The notes under the pieces: generated by a model
Told to the model about the DNA's origin: nothing
Seen by the model: the letters and a program-made list of their open reading frames with translations, nothing else
Databases searched by the model: none
Position numbers and translations under genes: made by a program
Part shown: piece by piece, positions 25,870 through 38,905 of the stretch
How the letters are laid out: each line of letters starts with the position of its first letter
Numbering within the stretch: position 1 is the first letter of the stretch
NCBI RefSeq assembly: GCF_006345805.1
Contig: NC_043000.1
Coordinates: 148,366,001 to 148,430,000 of the forward strand
Direction: 5' to 3'
Source: Octopus sinensis
Lineage: Eukaryota
Length of the DNA stretch: 64,000 nt

Positions 25870-26700
25870 TTGCCTATTTTTGTGGGAAATCCAGTAGAGT
25901 ATAGATAGGTTGTTGTCTACTTGTGTTATTTCGTTTAGAAGGTATTGTGATTGTTCTTAGTTGTAAGTGCATAGGAAGTTGGCAAGAGAGCGTCATACCA
26001 GTATGGCCAATATAGCAGTTAGGGTCGGGAAGTTTACAACTTTCACATTTGCAATCGAATTTATAAATTACATTAACCATTAGTAAACTTGTGGATTTAC
26101 ATGCTTGCAGTTTGTTATTCAAATAAGATTTTTAATTATATTAGTTTTGTAGTTCATAATTAGTTTAGTAATGCATTTACGTTCTGTTTTATGAAGTTTT
26201 TGAGAATGTGTTTATTTTATAGTCAGTACGCATTTGATTCATGGAATATATTTTATGAGTGACTTGCATTTTTTTTTCATAGTTGTAGTATCTAACGTAT
26301 TTGTTGGGTTGTATTTATGTCTGTATTGTTCTGTCTATCAGCCTATCAGTATGCTAGAATACCTTTTGCTGACTAGTGCTTGATTTATTCTATGAAAGAA
26401 AATGTAGTTGCCCTTTAAAGTAAGGCTTTTACCACTAACATTTTGGACATTCTTTGTCGCCATGTTAGTACATGCTTTTGTAGATGTTTTTGACATAAAC
26501 GGTCTTGATGTATCTGTTATTTTCTACCTTTACCTTTAAACCTAGACATGGAAATTTTGTATTGCGTGGAGTTTTATTCGTATTTTTCTGGATATTTTCT
26601 AGATATTCCTTTAGTTTGACTACATGTTTCAGTGCGTCTATTATGATGTGTATATCGTTCTCATATTTGTTAGTTAGTTAATTTTTTGGCTCAAAAAGCA
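25870..26700 (-). mobile_element. Penelope-like element, GIY-YIG region
   Basis: NVIYKFDC...C...CYIGHTGMTL..L.MH motif. Confidence 0.75.
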
Positions 26701-26724
26701 AAAAGCAAGGCCATGTAGGGGGAC

Positions 26725-26997
26725 ATGGAGTTATGTACAGGGTGGTGTTCATGTAAAGAGTTCAGGCCACTTGTGGTCAAAGGAGACTTTGAACCGAGCG
26801 GTCGTCCGCATCTTCACTATCTCGTCCGGCAGCTTATTCCACGGATCCGCAACCTCGGACAGAGAAAGCCCCTCTCCTTCGATTGAGATGAAATCGTCGC
26901 AGATAGAGCTTTTCGGAGTGACCCCGCAGCCGACGCTTTGGTGTATATCGCGTTTCTCGCTTTCTAACCCTTCGTATGTATATACGTATGTACATAC
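26725..26997 (-). mobile_element. CR1/L2-type LINE 3' end
   Basis: RGHSEKLY...RRGAFSVR and VADPWNKLPDEIV...RFK motifs. Confidence 0.8.
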
Positions 26998-27096
26998 ATA
27001 CATGCGTACATGTACACATATGATTAAGTATGTGCACATGTATACAAGGATACAGGTATTGATGTCATTACATATGTGCTAAACTTCATGGATGTT

Positions 27097-27486
27097 TTAC
27101 ATATTTTGACAGTAACTGATAAACTGCAGCGATAATCTTTTGATTAGGCCTGTTCTTTTTGGTTTTAAGAAACACGGTTTCTCAAGATTAGTACCAAAGG
27201 AGTGAGTCACATAGCCAAGGATGTCAAAAATCATTAGTGAAACTTTAAAATTATAGTTTGGATTATGTAACTGTCGAGTTCTCATCAGTTCGGCATAGAG
27301 GTTTTCTTTTTCATTACACTTTAACTTTATGTTGGCATTTACTGGGCAACTAATTCCAAATGTTGTAGTCCATGCGTGGCTCATAATCTTTGTAATGCTA
27401 GATGTGGAAATGGATAGAGTACAGAGGGATGCAGCATTAACCTCTGATTTTCGACTCCTAGAGTATTTTATAGTGTCTACTTCCAC
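27097..27486 (-). mobile_element. R4/Dong-like RLE-domain fragment
   Basis: ISCPVNANIKLKCNEKENLYAELMR..LGYV; same family as 1380-2050. Confidence 0.65.
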
Positions 27487-28273
27487 CTTTCGGACTTGAA
27501 CTTCCTAGTTTCTGATATTCACATCCAGCACTGTATAATACAGGTCGCGTTTAGATGAGGGTAAGTCGTTTAAGGAATGGTGGACCATTTTGGCCACAGT
27601 ACAGGGCGGTCAAAACACACGCTACGCCACTCGGTGTATCAAATCACCTCAGAGGTGATGAATGACTAAATTAACTCTGGTACGATTTGAACGCCATAAC
27701 AGACTTCGATTGATATCTTCCTGTCTTGTTAAACAATTAAATGACCTTAGTATATTGCGTTTATTTAAAGATTTTGAATTCTAAACCATTAACAACATGA
27801 GGGAGGAAGGTGTTGCTTAGATAATATACAGTTTTGTCTAAAACGTATAAACCACTAAAGTGAACAGACTCGATGTCAGAAATGTAAACGCGATCGAGCG
27901 ATCCGTTTGGGAGAAATTTTACAGATTTCTAACTTTTAAAGTCTTAAATACAGAGCAGAGAGTTGGCCCAAAACTTGTCAGCGAAATTGGAAACTGCAGA
28001 AGCTCGTCGTTTAGACCGGGAAACTGTATATAAATCAAAGGGCACGGTCATGTTACACACTCAGAGTTATTCTGACTGGGTGCGAGTATCAGCGGAATAT
28101 TCGTCCACTTTTACTGCAAAACAAGGACTGTAACTGTATATTCAAACAATCAGCTTAGTGTCAAGTTGATTCAGAGAGACACCATAACGAACATTATAAA
28201 ATCACTCGGGACGTTGACTCCATTTCTAACCCATATACATAATTTAATTATATATACGTGTGCAGAGCTTTCT

Positions 28274-28341
<68 letters not shown>

Positions 28342-28456
28342 CTTAGGAAAACGGAAGCAAAACAGAAACAGAAAAAAACATTTTATCTATCTCGTTAATA
28401 AATGCGCTAAACTTAGGCAGCCTAACTATTTGTTTACATTTTGTTCTACTATACGA

Positions 28457-31100
28457 ATGGACAGACACAACAAAATTGTTAAGGTGACATCCATGGACAA
28501 AGTGTATGATAAAGCTGGTCGATGTTCCAAAATAGAACATTACCCTGAAAATCAGGTCTGCCAATTATGTACAAAACCCGAGAACTCCTTCCGAAATCGA
28601 TGGGTTAAATGTGGTAAATGTTGTGTTTCTGTCTGCCTTCAATGTGCCACAAACTTTCGAAAGATCTCAGATCAAAAAAATAAAAAGAGACACCATGTTT
28701 CTATGGTGGATGGACTCTGGGAAATGATCCAGCTTCCAAATTGGTCCTTTCAGTGCCTGGCTTGTGTGTCTGCCTCTACCATTGTTGATGAACAACAACA
28801 ACAAAAACCGACGACCGTGTCTTCCTTTACCATTGCTGCTGAACAACGGCAAAAAACCGACCCCCATGGCTTACACTACCACTCCTGCTGAAGAACATCA
28901 TCAACAACAGCAACCCATGTCTGCCTCTTCAGTTACCTCTCAACAAACACCACCGAAGACTGTGTCTTCTCCTACCATTCCTGTTAACGAACAGCAACAA
29001 CAGCAGTGGAGGCGCAATGGCCCAGTGGTTAGGGCAGCGGACTCGCGGTTTCGATTCCCAGACCGGGCGTTGTGTGTGTTTATTGAGCGAAAACACCTAA
29101 AGCTCCACGAGGCTCCGGCAGGGGGTGGTGGCGACCCCTGTTGTACTCTTTCGCCCCAACTTTCTCTCACTCTTTCTTCCTGCTTCTTGTCCCCGACTTC
29201 CTACGCAACCGCTGAGCCTGGATGCGCATTCATCCATCCGTCGATGCTCTCGGTATCGGGGGTTGACCTGCTTTCTCTCCTGCGGGTCTTACGAATAGCA
29301 AAGGACCACGTTTCTGACTTCTCCCACTAATGCGACGAAACTGCTTCGCTCAACAAACAAACAAACAAGCAACAACAACAAAAATCAACCATCAATACAG
29401 AGTTTGCGGAAATACAACAAATGATTTCTGCTTTAAGCCGAGAAATAGCAGAAATCAAATCGAGCATTCGTGCAGAACCCCACAATGAGGGATCTTATTG
29501 GAGTGCCTTGCTAAAAAATTTTCCCGTAGCTCTTGCTGAATGTAGATGCATCTAGAAAGTTACTGAATCTGTCAACCATGAAGTAATTGTCATTGGTGTA
29601 TCAGAGGACATAGCTGACCTGGCATTTGCTGCCAGCTCATCCAAAGACCAAGGCTGTGTTGCCCCGAAGGGTGTTCTTCACCTTGGTCGCCCAAGTCCGA
29701 AACCCAGACTAATCAGGCTATCTTTTTCAAACTCTTCTGACGTTCATACCTTTTAACCTCTGATAAAGCTATGCGTGAAAACGGGATTACCCTTAGAACA
29801 CGCCCTGGCCTACCACCTGATGTACATCCAAAGCTACGTGCTGAAGCTTCCTTAAATCGCAACTCAGCACAACATGAAAGCTTCAGCCTACGTGACGATG
29901 GGCAGATATGGAAGTTTATTAAGGCTGGCGAAACATGGAGAAAAGATACCAGATGGTCTGAACGCACTGTGCCCACAATAGCTGGCAATGAAAAAACTGT
30001 GGGAAACTAAATCAGAACAACCTGCCATCCCTTACACATCATCATAAACTGAAATCAAGGTACAAGTTGTTGTCCTTAAATGCTCGTAGCTTGTGCAACA
30101 AGGAACATCTTTTTGATTCATACGTCAAAAGTATCGACCCCGATTACATTAGTCATGGAATGTGGGCACATTCCTTACTCTGTGATGGGGTTTTCAGCAT
30201 AGCTGGCTTACAACTTGTTTCGCAAAGACTGCATTAATCGTCGTGGTGGTGGTGTGATGGTCTACGTTCGTTCAAACTTTTCAGCAATTCCTTGCTTTGA
30301 TTCGAAGCAATCACAGCAAGAAGTATTTTTCTGCGATATACGTAAGACTATATCAACATTTCTACTTGGAGTTGTTTACTGTCCATCCACCCCAAATAAC
30401 CATCAAGACGCACAAAACAACTACTTATGTTTTTATTGCAGGTGATTTCAATCACCCTGAGATCGATTGGGAAAACTTTCGTTGGCCGCAAAGTACAAAT
30501 GATTTCATTGAGCTAGTGCTGGACTCGAAGTGGTTCCAAGTAGTCAACTCCCCGACAAGAGATGACAAAACTTTGGATCTACTCTTTACCACGACTGCTG
30601 AAACGGTTATTAGTGTTACTATTGAGGAACCTTTAGGCGACTCTGATCATGCTATAATCATTGTCAATTTGTCCCTTATGAGCAGTAACAAAAACTGTAG
30701 CCATCTCTAAACTGCTCGCGTTGACTGGAATAAAGCAGACTGGAACTCTTACTGCACCGAACTACAACGCTCAGACTAGCTGGAATTTTACGACTCTGGA
30801 GATGTGAACACTATACTTCAGAACATCCTGTACTCAATATGGACATCTGTGCAGTATCAGTACCACGTAGGCACAAAAAACATCCCGAAATTGCAATTTG
30901 GGAGACTGCAGCAGTTAGACTTGCCAAGAAAGAACGTCGTAATGCTGAACGGAAATACAAACTACATAAATCAGATATAAACAGGAAAAAGCGCAATAAA
31001 TCATCCAACCATCTCAAGCAGGTAACAAAAAGGGCAGTGCTTGAATTTGAGCAGCGCATAGCAACCAGCCCTGACAGTAAGGTGTTCTGGAAATATATAC
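28457..31100 (+). mobile_element. CR1-type LINE, 5' portion: PHD-finger ORF1 plus APE endonuclease of ORF2, RT absent
   Basis: CQLC..CGKC..CLQC..W..QCLAC; coiled coil and VIVIGVSED..LGR..KPRLIRL; LLSLNARSL, RRGGGVMVYV, AGDFNHPEIDW, TLDLLFT, LGDSDH; stops and frameshifts present. Confidence 0.85.
29007..29368 (+). mobile_element. tRNA(Arg)-like SINE family C (OR-type), inserted in CR1 ORF1
   Basis: GGAGGCGCAATGGCCCAGTGGTTAGGGCAGCGGACTCGCGG head, (CAAA)n tail; ORF1 resumes after it. Confidence 0.85.
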
Positions 31101-31329
31101 AAAGCAGAGTCCTCACTTTCCGATTGGTCCTCTTCGCTGCATCCGTTATACTGCGAGCAGAGGAACGAACCCCTACCACTTTCTAGCAACGGGACCAGCA
31201 TACCAGTCTGGTTTCGGGCGATCAGTACTGTGCATTGTTAACCAGCTAGAGATGTTGTCTTCGGGTTAAAAAATAGCAGTAAATTCCGCTCGAACGTATC
31301 GGCCATGTTGAAGTGGCTTAAGAGCATTA

Positions 31330-31364
<35 letters not shown>

Positions 31365-31381
31365 TCACACACACACAGATT

Positions 31382-31560
31382 AGGTGCTGAAAAGTTCCTG
31401 GCTTTGGAGAAGAGGAAATATTGGAGGATCAGTTAGCTATGATTTTATTCAATATATTCCCCTCTTAGATTCACACACTTATTGCAGCGGTCCTTCAGTT
31501 TTCTAGGCCCTGTAAAAGAACACGGAAGGTTGGGCCTCCCACCAGGCCTATCACGATACC
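31382..31560 (-). mobile_element. mariner 3'-terminal fragment
   Basis: DRCNKCVNLRGEYIE* followed by TIR-like GGTGCTGAAAAGTTCCTGGCTTT. Confidence 0.7.
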
Positions 31561-32404
31561 CTTAGGCATATATACCTTATTTTAACCCCCGATTTCTCTC
31601 TCTCTCTCCCTCTCTCTCTTCCCTTCCCTCTATGTTGTAAACTCCTGTTTTTAATATTTTCACCACCTCTCATCTCTTACGCTATCTCTTTCTCTGTTAC
31701 TCATTCTTCCATCCTTCCATAATTTTCTCTTTCTGCTCATCGGATTCTCTCTCTTGTCAGCATTCGTGCAGCTGACTGCGGCTATATGTCTCTCCCTTCC
31801 CTCCTAATCTGACAATCTCCAATCTACACTTTTTTATTATATCTATCTCATCTATGTCTTTTTACAATATTCTCTCTCTCTCTCCCTATTCACCCCTCTC
31901 TTTCTCCCTATCTCCCTCTTTCTCTCTCTCCCTATCCACCTCTCTCATTCTCTCTTTCGCTTCCCTCAGCACAGCCACTGCTTTCTCCTTACTATGCCTA
32001 CTGCATGAAACGACATACAAAAAGTGGTATTGGACTTAGTTTTCATAATATTGATTATAATCGACTGCTATAAACTGATATTGAATTCTTTTTTGGAATG
32101 TATTTGTTCTTCCAACAGTGTCGCTATTCTAATTTAACTAATCAGTTAATTAATTTTACATAAAAATTATACGCATTAGTCGTTTTGAGGTCTTAGCATC
32201 TATGAGTGAATTATTCTTTCCTTCGGAGGTTTTATAAACTGAAGCATAGCCAGAGTTGTCACTCACTTCTCCGCTTCATATCATCGAACTTAATGTGAGA
32301 TTAATCTTCATTAACGCTAATTACCTTTCTTTTCATTATGTTTATTATTTCAATCGATTAAAATTATTTTCGGCTTGCTTTCTTAAGAAAGGCAATTTGG
32401 TTAC

Positions 32405-32438
<34 letters not shown>

Positions 32439-32634
32439 CACACACACACACACACACACACATACACACACACACAGACACACACAAACATACACAAAAG
32501 CATAAATACATACACAGACATACATGCATATACACATATATATACATCATACATACACACACATATGTACATGAATACGTACATACACAAGTATATGTGT
32601 GTATGAGTGTTGTATATGTATGTATGTTTATGTC

Positions 32635-33290
32635 AGGTCACTTTCGAGTGCTACTGGTAACGTGTAACCCAGTACAACCTGTTGCATGGTCGGGCGGTCG
32701 GCAACTAAACCGGCAACCCCACCAAGCTTGCTTGGTGAGGAGGGTGTTTATTGGACACCCCGCGGGATGAAAAACAAAACCCGTCAAAGAGCAGAGGAAC
32801 TCTTGAGAGTCAACGGTCATCCAATAAATGTGTAATTTTTTTTCTTCTTAAGGCTTAAGGCTGTATCATGCGCGGGGACATAGAAATAATCGGACTGAAT
32901 ACCCGATCGCGCGGTTAAACCATTGGGAGTGAAGGACTCTTAGCCTTTGTCAGGGCATCCTTCTAGGAGAAGATAACTCAGGTAACTGGGATAACTCCGA
33001 CATAAAACCTGCGGCTCAGTGGTTACCGATGATGTTGACTTGTTCTTCTTTTCGGATCATGGCTGCTGTTGCTTAGTGAGTGGGATTGACTCAGTGCACA
33101 GCCTTTCCTCACTTTAAGAAAAATCTTCTTGCACAGGCATTGCACGTTAACAACATTGTTCATGATTGTTGATGGTGCTGTGAGTCTCAACTGAATGGCT
33201 GGCTGTAGCCTTAAAAAGCAAATAAAAGTCACATTCGATCACAGCACCAATAACAGTTAAGCTTCGTGCAATGGCCATACTCGATAACGT
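32635..33290 (+). mobile_element. Probable RTE LINE 5'UTR fragment
   Basis: GC-rich, structured, with GGGCATCCTTCTAGGAGAAG..AACTC..AAACC motif recalled from RTE 5' ends; truncated by (TATG)n. Confidence 0.45.
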
Positions 33291-33652
33291 CATGTATGTA
33301 TGTATGTATGTATGTATGTATGTATGTATGTATGTATGTATGTATGTATGTATGTATGTATGTATGTATGTATGTATGTATGTATTGGGGTTGACCTCGA
33401 GAGATACTTATTCAAACATTGAGCAAAATACAGTTTGAAGATATTTAAGCATAAAAAAATCTATACAATCTGTAAAAGAAAAATTTATTTATGTGGAACC
33501 AGTTCATAGTAAAGTATTTCTTTTTATGTTCATCAACAGCAATAGCAGCGTAAGTAACTGTGTTATGAAGTTTTAACTATTACAAATATATCTTGCCCAA
33601 TTGCAAAGGGCGCTGCTTCTCTGAGAAGCAATCTCTATCAAGCAATCTCATT

Positions 33653-34445
33653 CATTTCTTTACTGCCCAAAGGGGGCAAAACATAGAGGGGACAAACAAG
33701 GACAGACAAAGGGATGAAGTCGATTACATCGACCTCAGTGCGTGACTGGTACTTAATTTATCAACCCCGAAAGAATGAAAGACAAAGTCGACCTCGGTGG
33801 TATTTGAACTCAGAACATAACGGCAGACGAAATCCCTATTTCTTTACTACCCACAAGGGGCTAAACACAGAGGAGGACAAACAAGGATAGACAAACGGAT
33901 TAAGTCGATTATATCGACCCAGTGCGTAACTGGTACTTAATTTATCGACCCCGAAAGGATGAAAGGCAAGTCGACCTCGGCGGAATTTGAACTCAGAACG
34001 TAACGGCAGACGAAATACCTATTTCTTTTCTTACTACACAAGGGGCTAAACACAGAGAGGACAAACAAGGCAGACAAACGGATTAAGTCGATCACATCGA
34101 CCCTAGTGCGTAACTGGTACTTTATTTATCGACCCCGAAAGGATGAAAGGCAAACCGACCTCGGCGGAATTTGAACTCAGAACAGTAACGGCAGACGAAA
34201 TACCTATTTCTATTTCTTTACTACCCACAAGGGGCTAAACACAGAGAGGACAAACAAGGACAGACAAACGGATTAAGTTGGTTATATCGACCCCAGTGCG
34301 TAACTTGTACTTATTTAATCGACCCCGAAAGGATGAAAGGCAAAGGCGACCTCGGCGGAATTTGAAATCAGAACGTAACGGCAGACGAAATACCGCTAAG
34401 CATTTCGCCCGGCGTGCTAACGACACTGCCAGCTCGTCGCCCTTA
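33653..34445 (-). mobile_element. SINE family B tetramer (one head plus four ~183-bp bodies)
   Basis: Junctions at ~33835, 34018, 34203; 13-bp TSD AAGCAATCTCATT. Confidence 0.9.
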
Positions 34446-35719
34446 AAGCAATCTCATTTACGTAAATTCACTTTACTGTCATGTTTTCACTTCAAATGTG
34501 CATTAGGAGAGTTCAAATGCATGGTGTGCCATTTTTTATTGTATGTATTCTCATTGTGTATATATGGAGTGATAATCTTTTTTGCTTAAAATTCCACATT
34601 CTGGTGTCACCTAATTTCTAAATTTTATTCCTTCGTTTTCAATATCATATTACACCTTAAGGTGGTGAGCTTGCAGAATCGTTAGCGATCCGGAAAAATT
34701 GCTAAGGAGCATTTCTTCCGACATAAAATTTCGAATTCAAATGCCACCGAGATCGACTTTCCTTCCATCCTCTCGGGGATGGATAAAATAGGTGTTATTT
34801 GAACACTGGAGTCGATGCAATCGACCTACCCACTATCTGAAATAGCTGGCCTTGTGCTAAAATTTAAAACCAATATTATAATACACCCTACGGCAGTGAA
34901 GTGGCAGAATCGTTTGGGGAGTCGAGAGTGATACAATTAATGCCTGCTGGAGTCTACTTAATCGATGTAATCAACTAACTCCAGGCCTTGTGATTATGTT
35001 ACGCCTTAAAGCAGCAAGCTGGCAGACTCGTTAAGGCGTTGAGAAAAATGCGCTCTGGTATTTCTCCCGACTCTTCACATTCTGCTTTCAAATCCAGCCG
35101 AAGTCAGCTTCGTCTTTCATTTTTTTTTTTTTCAGAGTCAATAAAATATCTACCAGTCAATATTGAGGTTGATGTAACCAACTTGCCCTTTCCTTTCGAA
35201 ATTCCCAGCCTTATGCCAAAATTTTAAATAATCATGCTATACCTTTTTTGGCATTCATCGTAGGATTTACTTTATTTTTCATGTATTCCGGATTACACTA
35301 CGACCAAAATATATACACAACAAAAAGAGCAGTACACAAATAATGATGAAGAAAGCAAAAGGGTGACGTAAAGTTTTTGATTTTACAATTTTTATAAACA
35401 TGATTTGAAAATTTTCTTATTACAATGACTAGAGAAATATTTAGACGGATATGTTCAGATTATTTCAAAGAGAAAGACGAGTTTCCGATATTTTTCACTG
35501 GAAAGATATAATGAAGATTTGTTTCGATCTAAACAAGATTTCCAAAGTGGAAATGTAATTAAAATCTTTTTATCAATGAAACTGATGGTAAAATGTTCGA
35601 ATTGGCAAATACTTTGACGATGCTAAAAGATGACTTAAAAAGTAATTATTTTGAAGTTATATAGAAAAATTAACCACATATCTTGAAGAGGAATGAAACC
35701 CAGTGATGCTGAGATATAA

Positions 35720-36105
35720 TACTCTTTTACTCTTTTACTCTTTTACTTGTTTCGGTCATTTGACTGCGACCATGCTGGAGCACCGCCTTTAGTCGAGCAA
35801 ATCGACCCCGGGACTTATTCTTTGTAAGCCCAGTACTTATTCTATCGGTTTCTTTTGCCGAACCGCTAAGTGACGGGGACATAAACACACCAGCATCGGT
35901 TGTCAAGCAATGCTAGGGGGACAAACACAGACACACACACATACACATATATACATATATACGACAGGCTTCTTTCAGTTTCCGTCTACCAAATCCACTC
36001 ACAAGGCATTGGTCGGCCCGGGGCTATAGCAGAAGACACTTGCCCAAGATGCCACGCAGTGGGACTGAACCCGGAACCATGTGGTTGGTTAGCAAGCTAC
36101 TTACC
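35720..36105 (-). mobile_element. SINE family A
   Basis: Full-length copy. Confidence 0.9.
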
Positions 36106-36169
36106 ACTTACAAAATGAATGAATGTTACTGATTTTGAGGTATAATTAATTAATGCAGAAATCGTTTGA

Positions 36170-36740
36170 TTGTAACTATGAAGATACAAACTATGTGGTC
36201 AGCAACTGAGCACATATATGAAAAATGTGCAACGAGTAGTTTTCAGGGAAACAGATCCAGCACTCGGAAAAGCATTGCAAATTGCCGTGGCAACAGAGTG
36301 AGTCACCGAAAGCGTTTCAGATTTGCTGGAAGGAAAGCCGCAGGCCGAAAATTCTTGTGTTGAAGCTGTGCAGAGAAAGAAAAAATGATACTATGAACCG
36401 GAATCAAGAGCAAAATTGTTGCAGATGTAAAGCTACAAATCATTCCAAGTAAAATTGTCTGAAGAAAAAATCAAAAAACGCAATTTCAGCCATAAAAGCA
36501 TCATCTTAGGAAGGATTACAGATTCAGATTAAATCAAAATAAGGATAAACAACATCGGAATAATAACGAAACAAATTTTAAAAGAAAAACCGAGCAAATA
36601 TTATGTTAAGAATAACAAATGCAATGAAAAGAAGTCCATTATAATTCGGTTGAAAATCAATGGACAGTCAACTGAATTTGAATGTGCCACAGGAATAACT
36701 GTGCCCATAGCTGAAATTATTGAATGGATAATGTTAAGCA
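36170..36740 (+). mobile_element. Ty3/Gypsy gag-protease remnant
   Basis: RETDPALGKALQIAVATE (gag) and IIIRLKINGQSTEFECATG (degenerate aspartic protease). Confidence 0.6.
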
Positions 36741-37494
36741 TGCCTTAATTGAATTTTAGTTCATGTTTTTGGCCATAGGCACAACTAATTTCACCGAAAG
36801 ATGTGTGTAAAGTTTCAGTTATATACCAAGCAAAAGACTCCTCACAAATTGAGATTGCTTACAGAAAGAAATGGGGAGTGACTGGATAAGAAGGTTTGAA
36901 ATACACGAATGCTCCATGAATGCTTAGGTACGAGAATTAAAAATGTGAATACGAATACAAAAATGAAACAGAAGGAGGAATTGACAGCCAATGCAAACAC
37001 GTACACATGCACACACGCACACGTCAATGTCACCAGCCCCCTACCACACACACATACACGCTCTCACACGCAAACACGCAACTTCCTTTTGGCATCACCA
37101 CTACTTTATTATCTCCGCTTCTTCCTAGCTCTCCCGTGTGACCCTCTGTCCGGCATTCGCCATGATAGATCGCTAGCCACTAAACATTTTTTTAAATTTC
37201 TCTCCCTGTTTATTTCTGATCCTTCTTGTCGAAGAGCGTAGGGTCGAAACGTAAAAGACTTTTTCACTTCCCAAGCGTTAAACTAATACATCTGTTTGTT
37301 CTTTACACACACGTCTTCGTCTTTTTTTTGTAAATTCTCACTATATAATTATATATATGTATATATATGCATAATTATATATATATATAATATTATATAT
37401 GTATAATTATACATATATAATAATATATATATATAATTATACATATATATAATCATATATATATAATTATAAAATATATAATTATATATATATT

Positions 37495-37630
37495 GGTGCA
37501 GGAGTGGCTGTATGGTAAGTAGCTTGCCTACCAACCACATGGTTCTGGGTTCAGTCCCACTGCGTAGCATCTTGGGCAAGTGTCTTCTACTATAGCCTTG
37601 TGAGTGGATTTGGTAGAAGCCCGTCGTATG

Positions 37631-37688
<58 letters not shown>

Positions 37689-37697
37689 CTGTGTGTG

Positions 37698-37729
<32 letters not shown>

Positions 37730-38002
37730 TGTATGTATGTATGTATGTATGTATGTATGTATGTATGTATGTATGTGTGTGTGTGTGTGTATATGTTTGT
37801 GTGTCTGTGCTTGTGCCCCCAACATTGCTTGACAACTTATGCTGGTGTGTTTACGTCCCCGTAACTTAGCGGTTCGGCAAAAGAGACCGATGGCATAAGT
37901 ACTAGGCTTACAAAGAATAAGCCGTGGTGTCGATTTGCTCGACTAAAGGTGTTTCTTCAGCATGTCCGCAGTCAAATGACTGAAACAAGTAAAAGAGTTA
38001 AG
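37495..38002 (+). mobile_element. SINE family A with greatly expanded internal microsatellite
   Basis: (TA)n(TG)n(TATG)n block of ~180 bp at 37625-37805. Confidence 0.9.
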
Positions 38003-38016
38003 AGTATATATATGAT

Positions 38017-38081
<65 letters not shown>

Positions 38082-38510
38082 ATATATATATAATATATAT
38101 ATATATTATATATATATACATATATATGATTATATATATATAATTATATAGCACCAAGTAAGTTAGGGGTTGTGGATCAAACCCACTAAGGAATAATACT
38201 TATCCAATATACTGTTGGTATAATACCCAAATTATTAATACACAAGTGTTTTTAATTGCAATGCAATAAATTTATTTATTGTATTAAATTGGTGAAGGTA
38301 AAGAAATATTTTACCATTAATTTATATTACAAATAAGAAAATGGAGAAACAATTTAGTTGGTTTATCAGCTTTAGGATATTAGATTGTTGACTTATTTAT
38401 TTATCAGAACGACAACCATAAAAACATACATATAAACAGTATAAAATTCAATACATATAAGATAAGAATACAATTTAAAAAACCTTAATATGAATTATTA
38501 AAATCATTAA

Positions 38511-38639
38511 AATCACTTACAGCTGTTTCAGCCTTTGGAAAAAGTGATTTGTTGTGCCCATACATATGAATTTTATTGAGGTTGTAGGCAGTTAAAAATG
38601 AGGTACTTATATATATATCCATTGGCCTCATCAGAGATT
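38511..38639 (-). ncRNA. Hammerhead motif with canonical CTGATGA core and long stem-II insertion
   Basis: AATCT CTGATGA GGCC-AA-TGGA...TCCA-AA-GGCT GAAA CAGCTG TA AGTGATT; palindromic stem III ACAGCTGT. Confidence 0.55.
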
Positions 38640-38844
38640 ATAAAGTACATTCAAAATATAAATATATACATGAAACAAGATACACATACAATTCAATATA
38701 TATATACATAAGCAAATATATACACCTATACATGTACATAAACATATATATAGATATAATTAAACATACGTACAAGCATATAGACAATTAATTAATTATA
38801 TATATATATATATAAAATAATATGTTACATTACTCAATAGTCAA

Positions 38845-38905
38845 GATAAAACTCTGAGTTTCAGATGTCGAAGTGGAAATCCACAACACCATCTCTTCGG
38901 TTATC
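38845..38905 (-). ncRNA. Hammerhead-like motif (family H1), left arm of inverted pair
   Basis: Same fold as 305-365. Confidence 0.55.

Noticed and set aside
29007-29070. tRNA-like sequence
   Set aside because: SINE head with an internal deletion; no complete cloverleaf
33653-34445. Regular direct repeats resembling a CRISPR array
   Set aside because: Units are ~183-bp SINE bodies with no unique spacers; eukaryotic context, no cas genes
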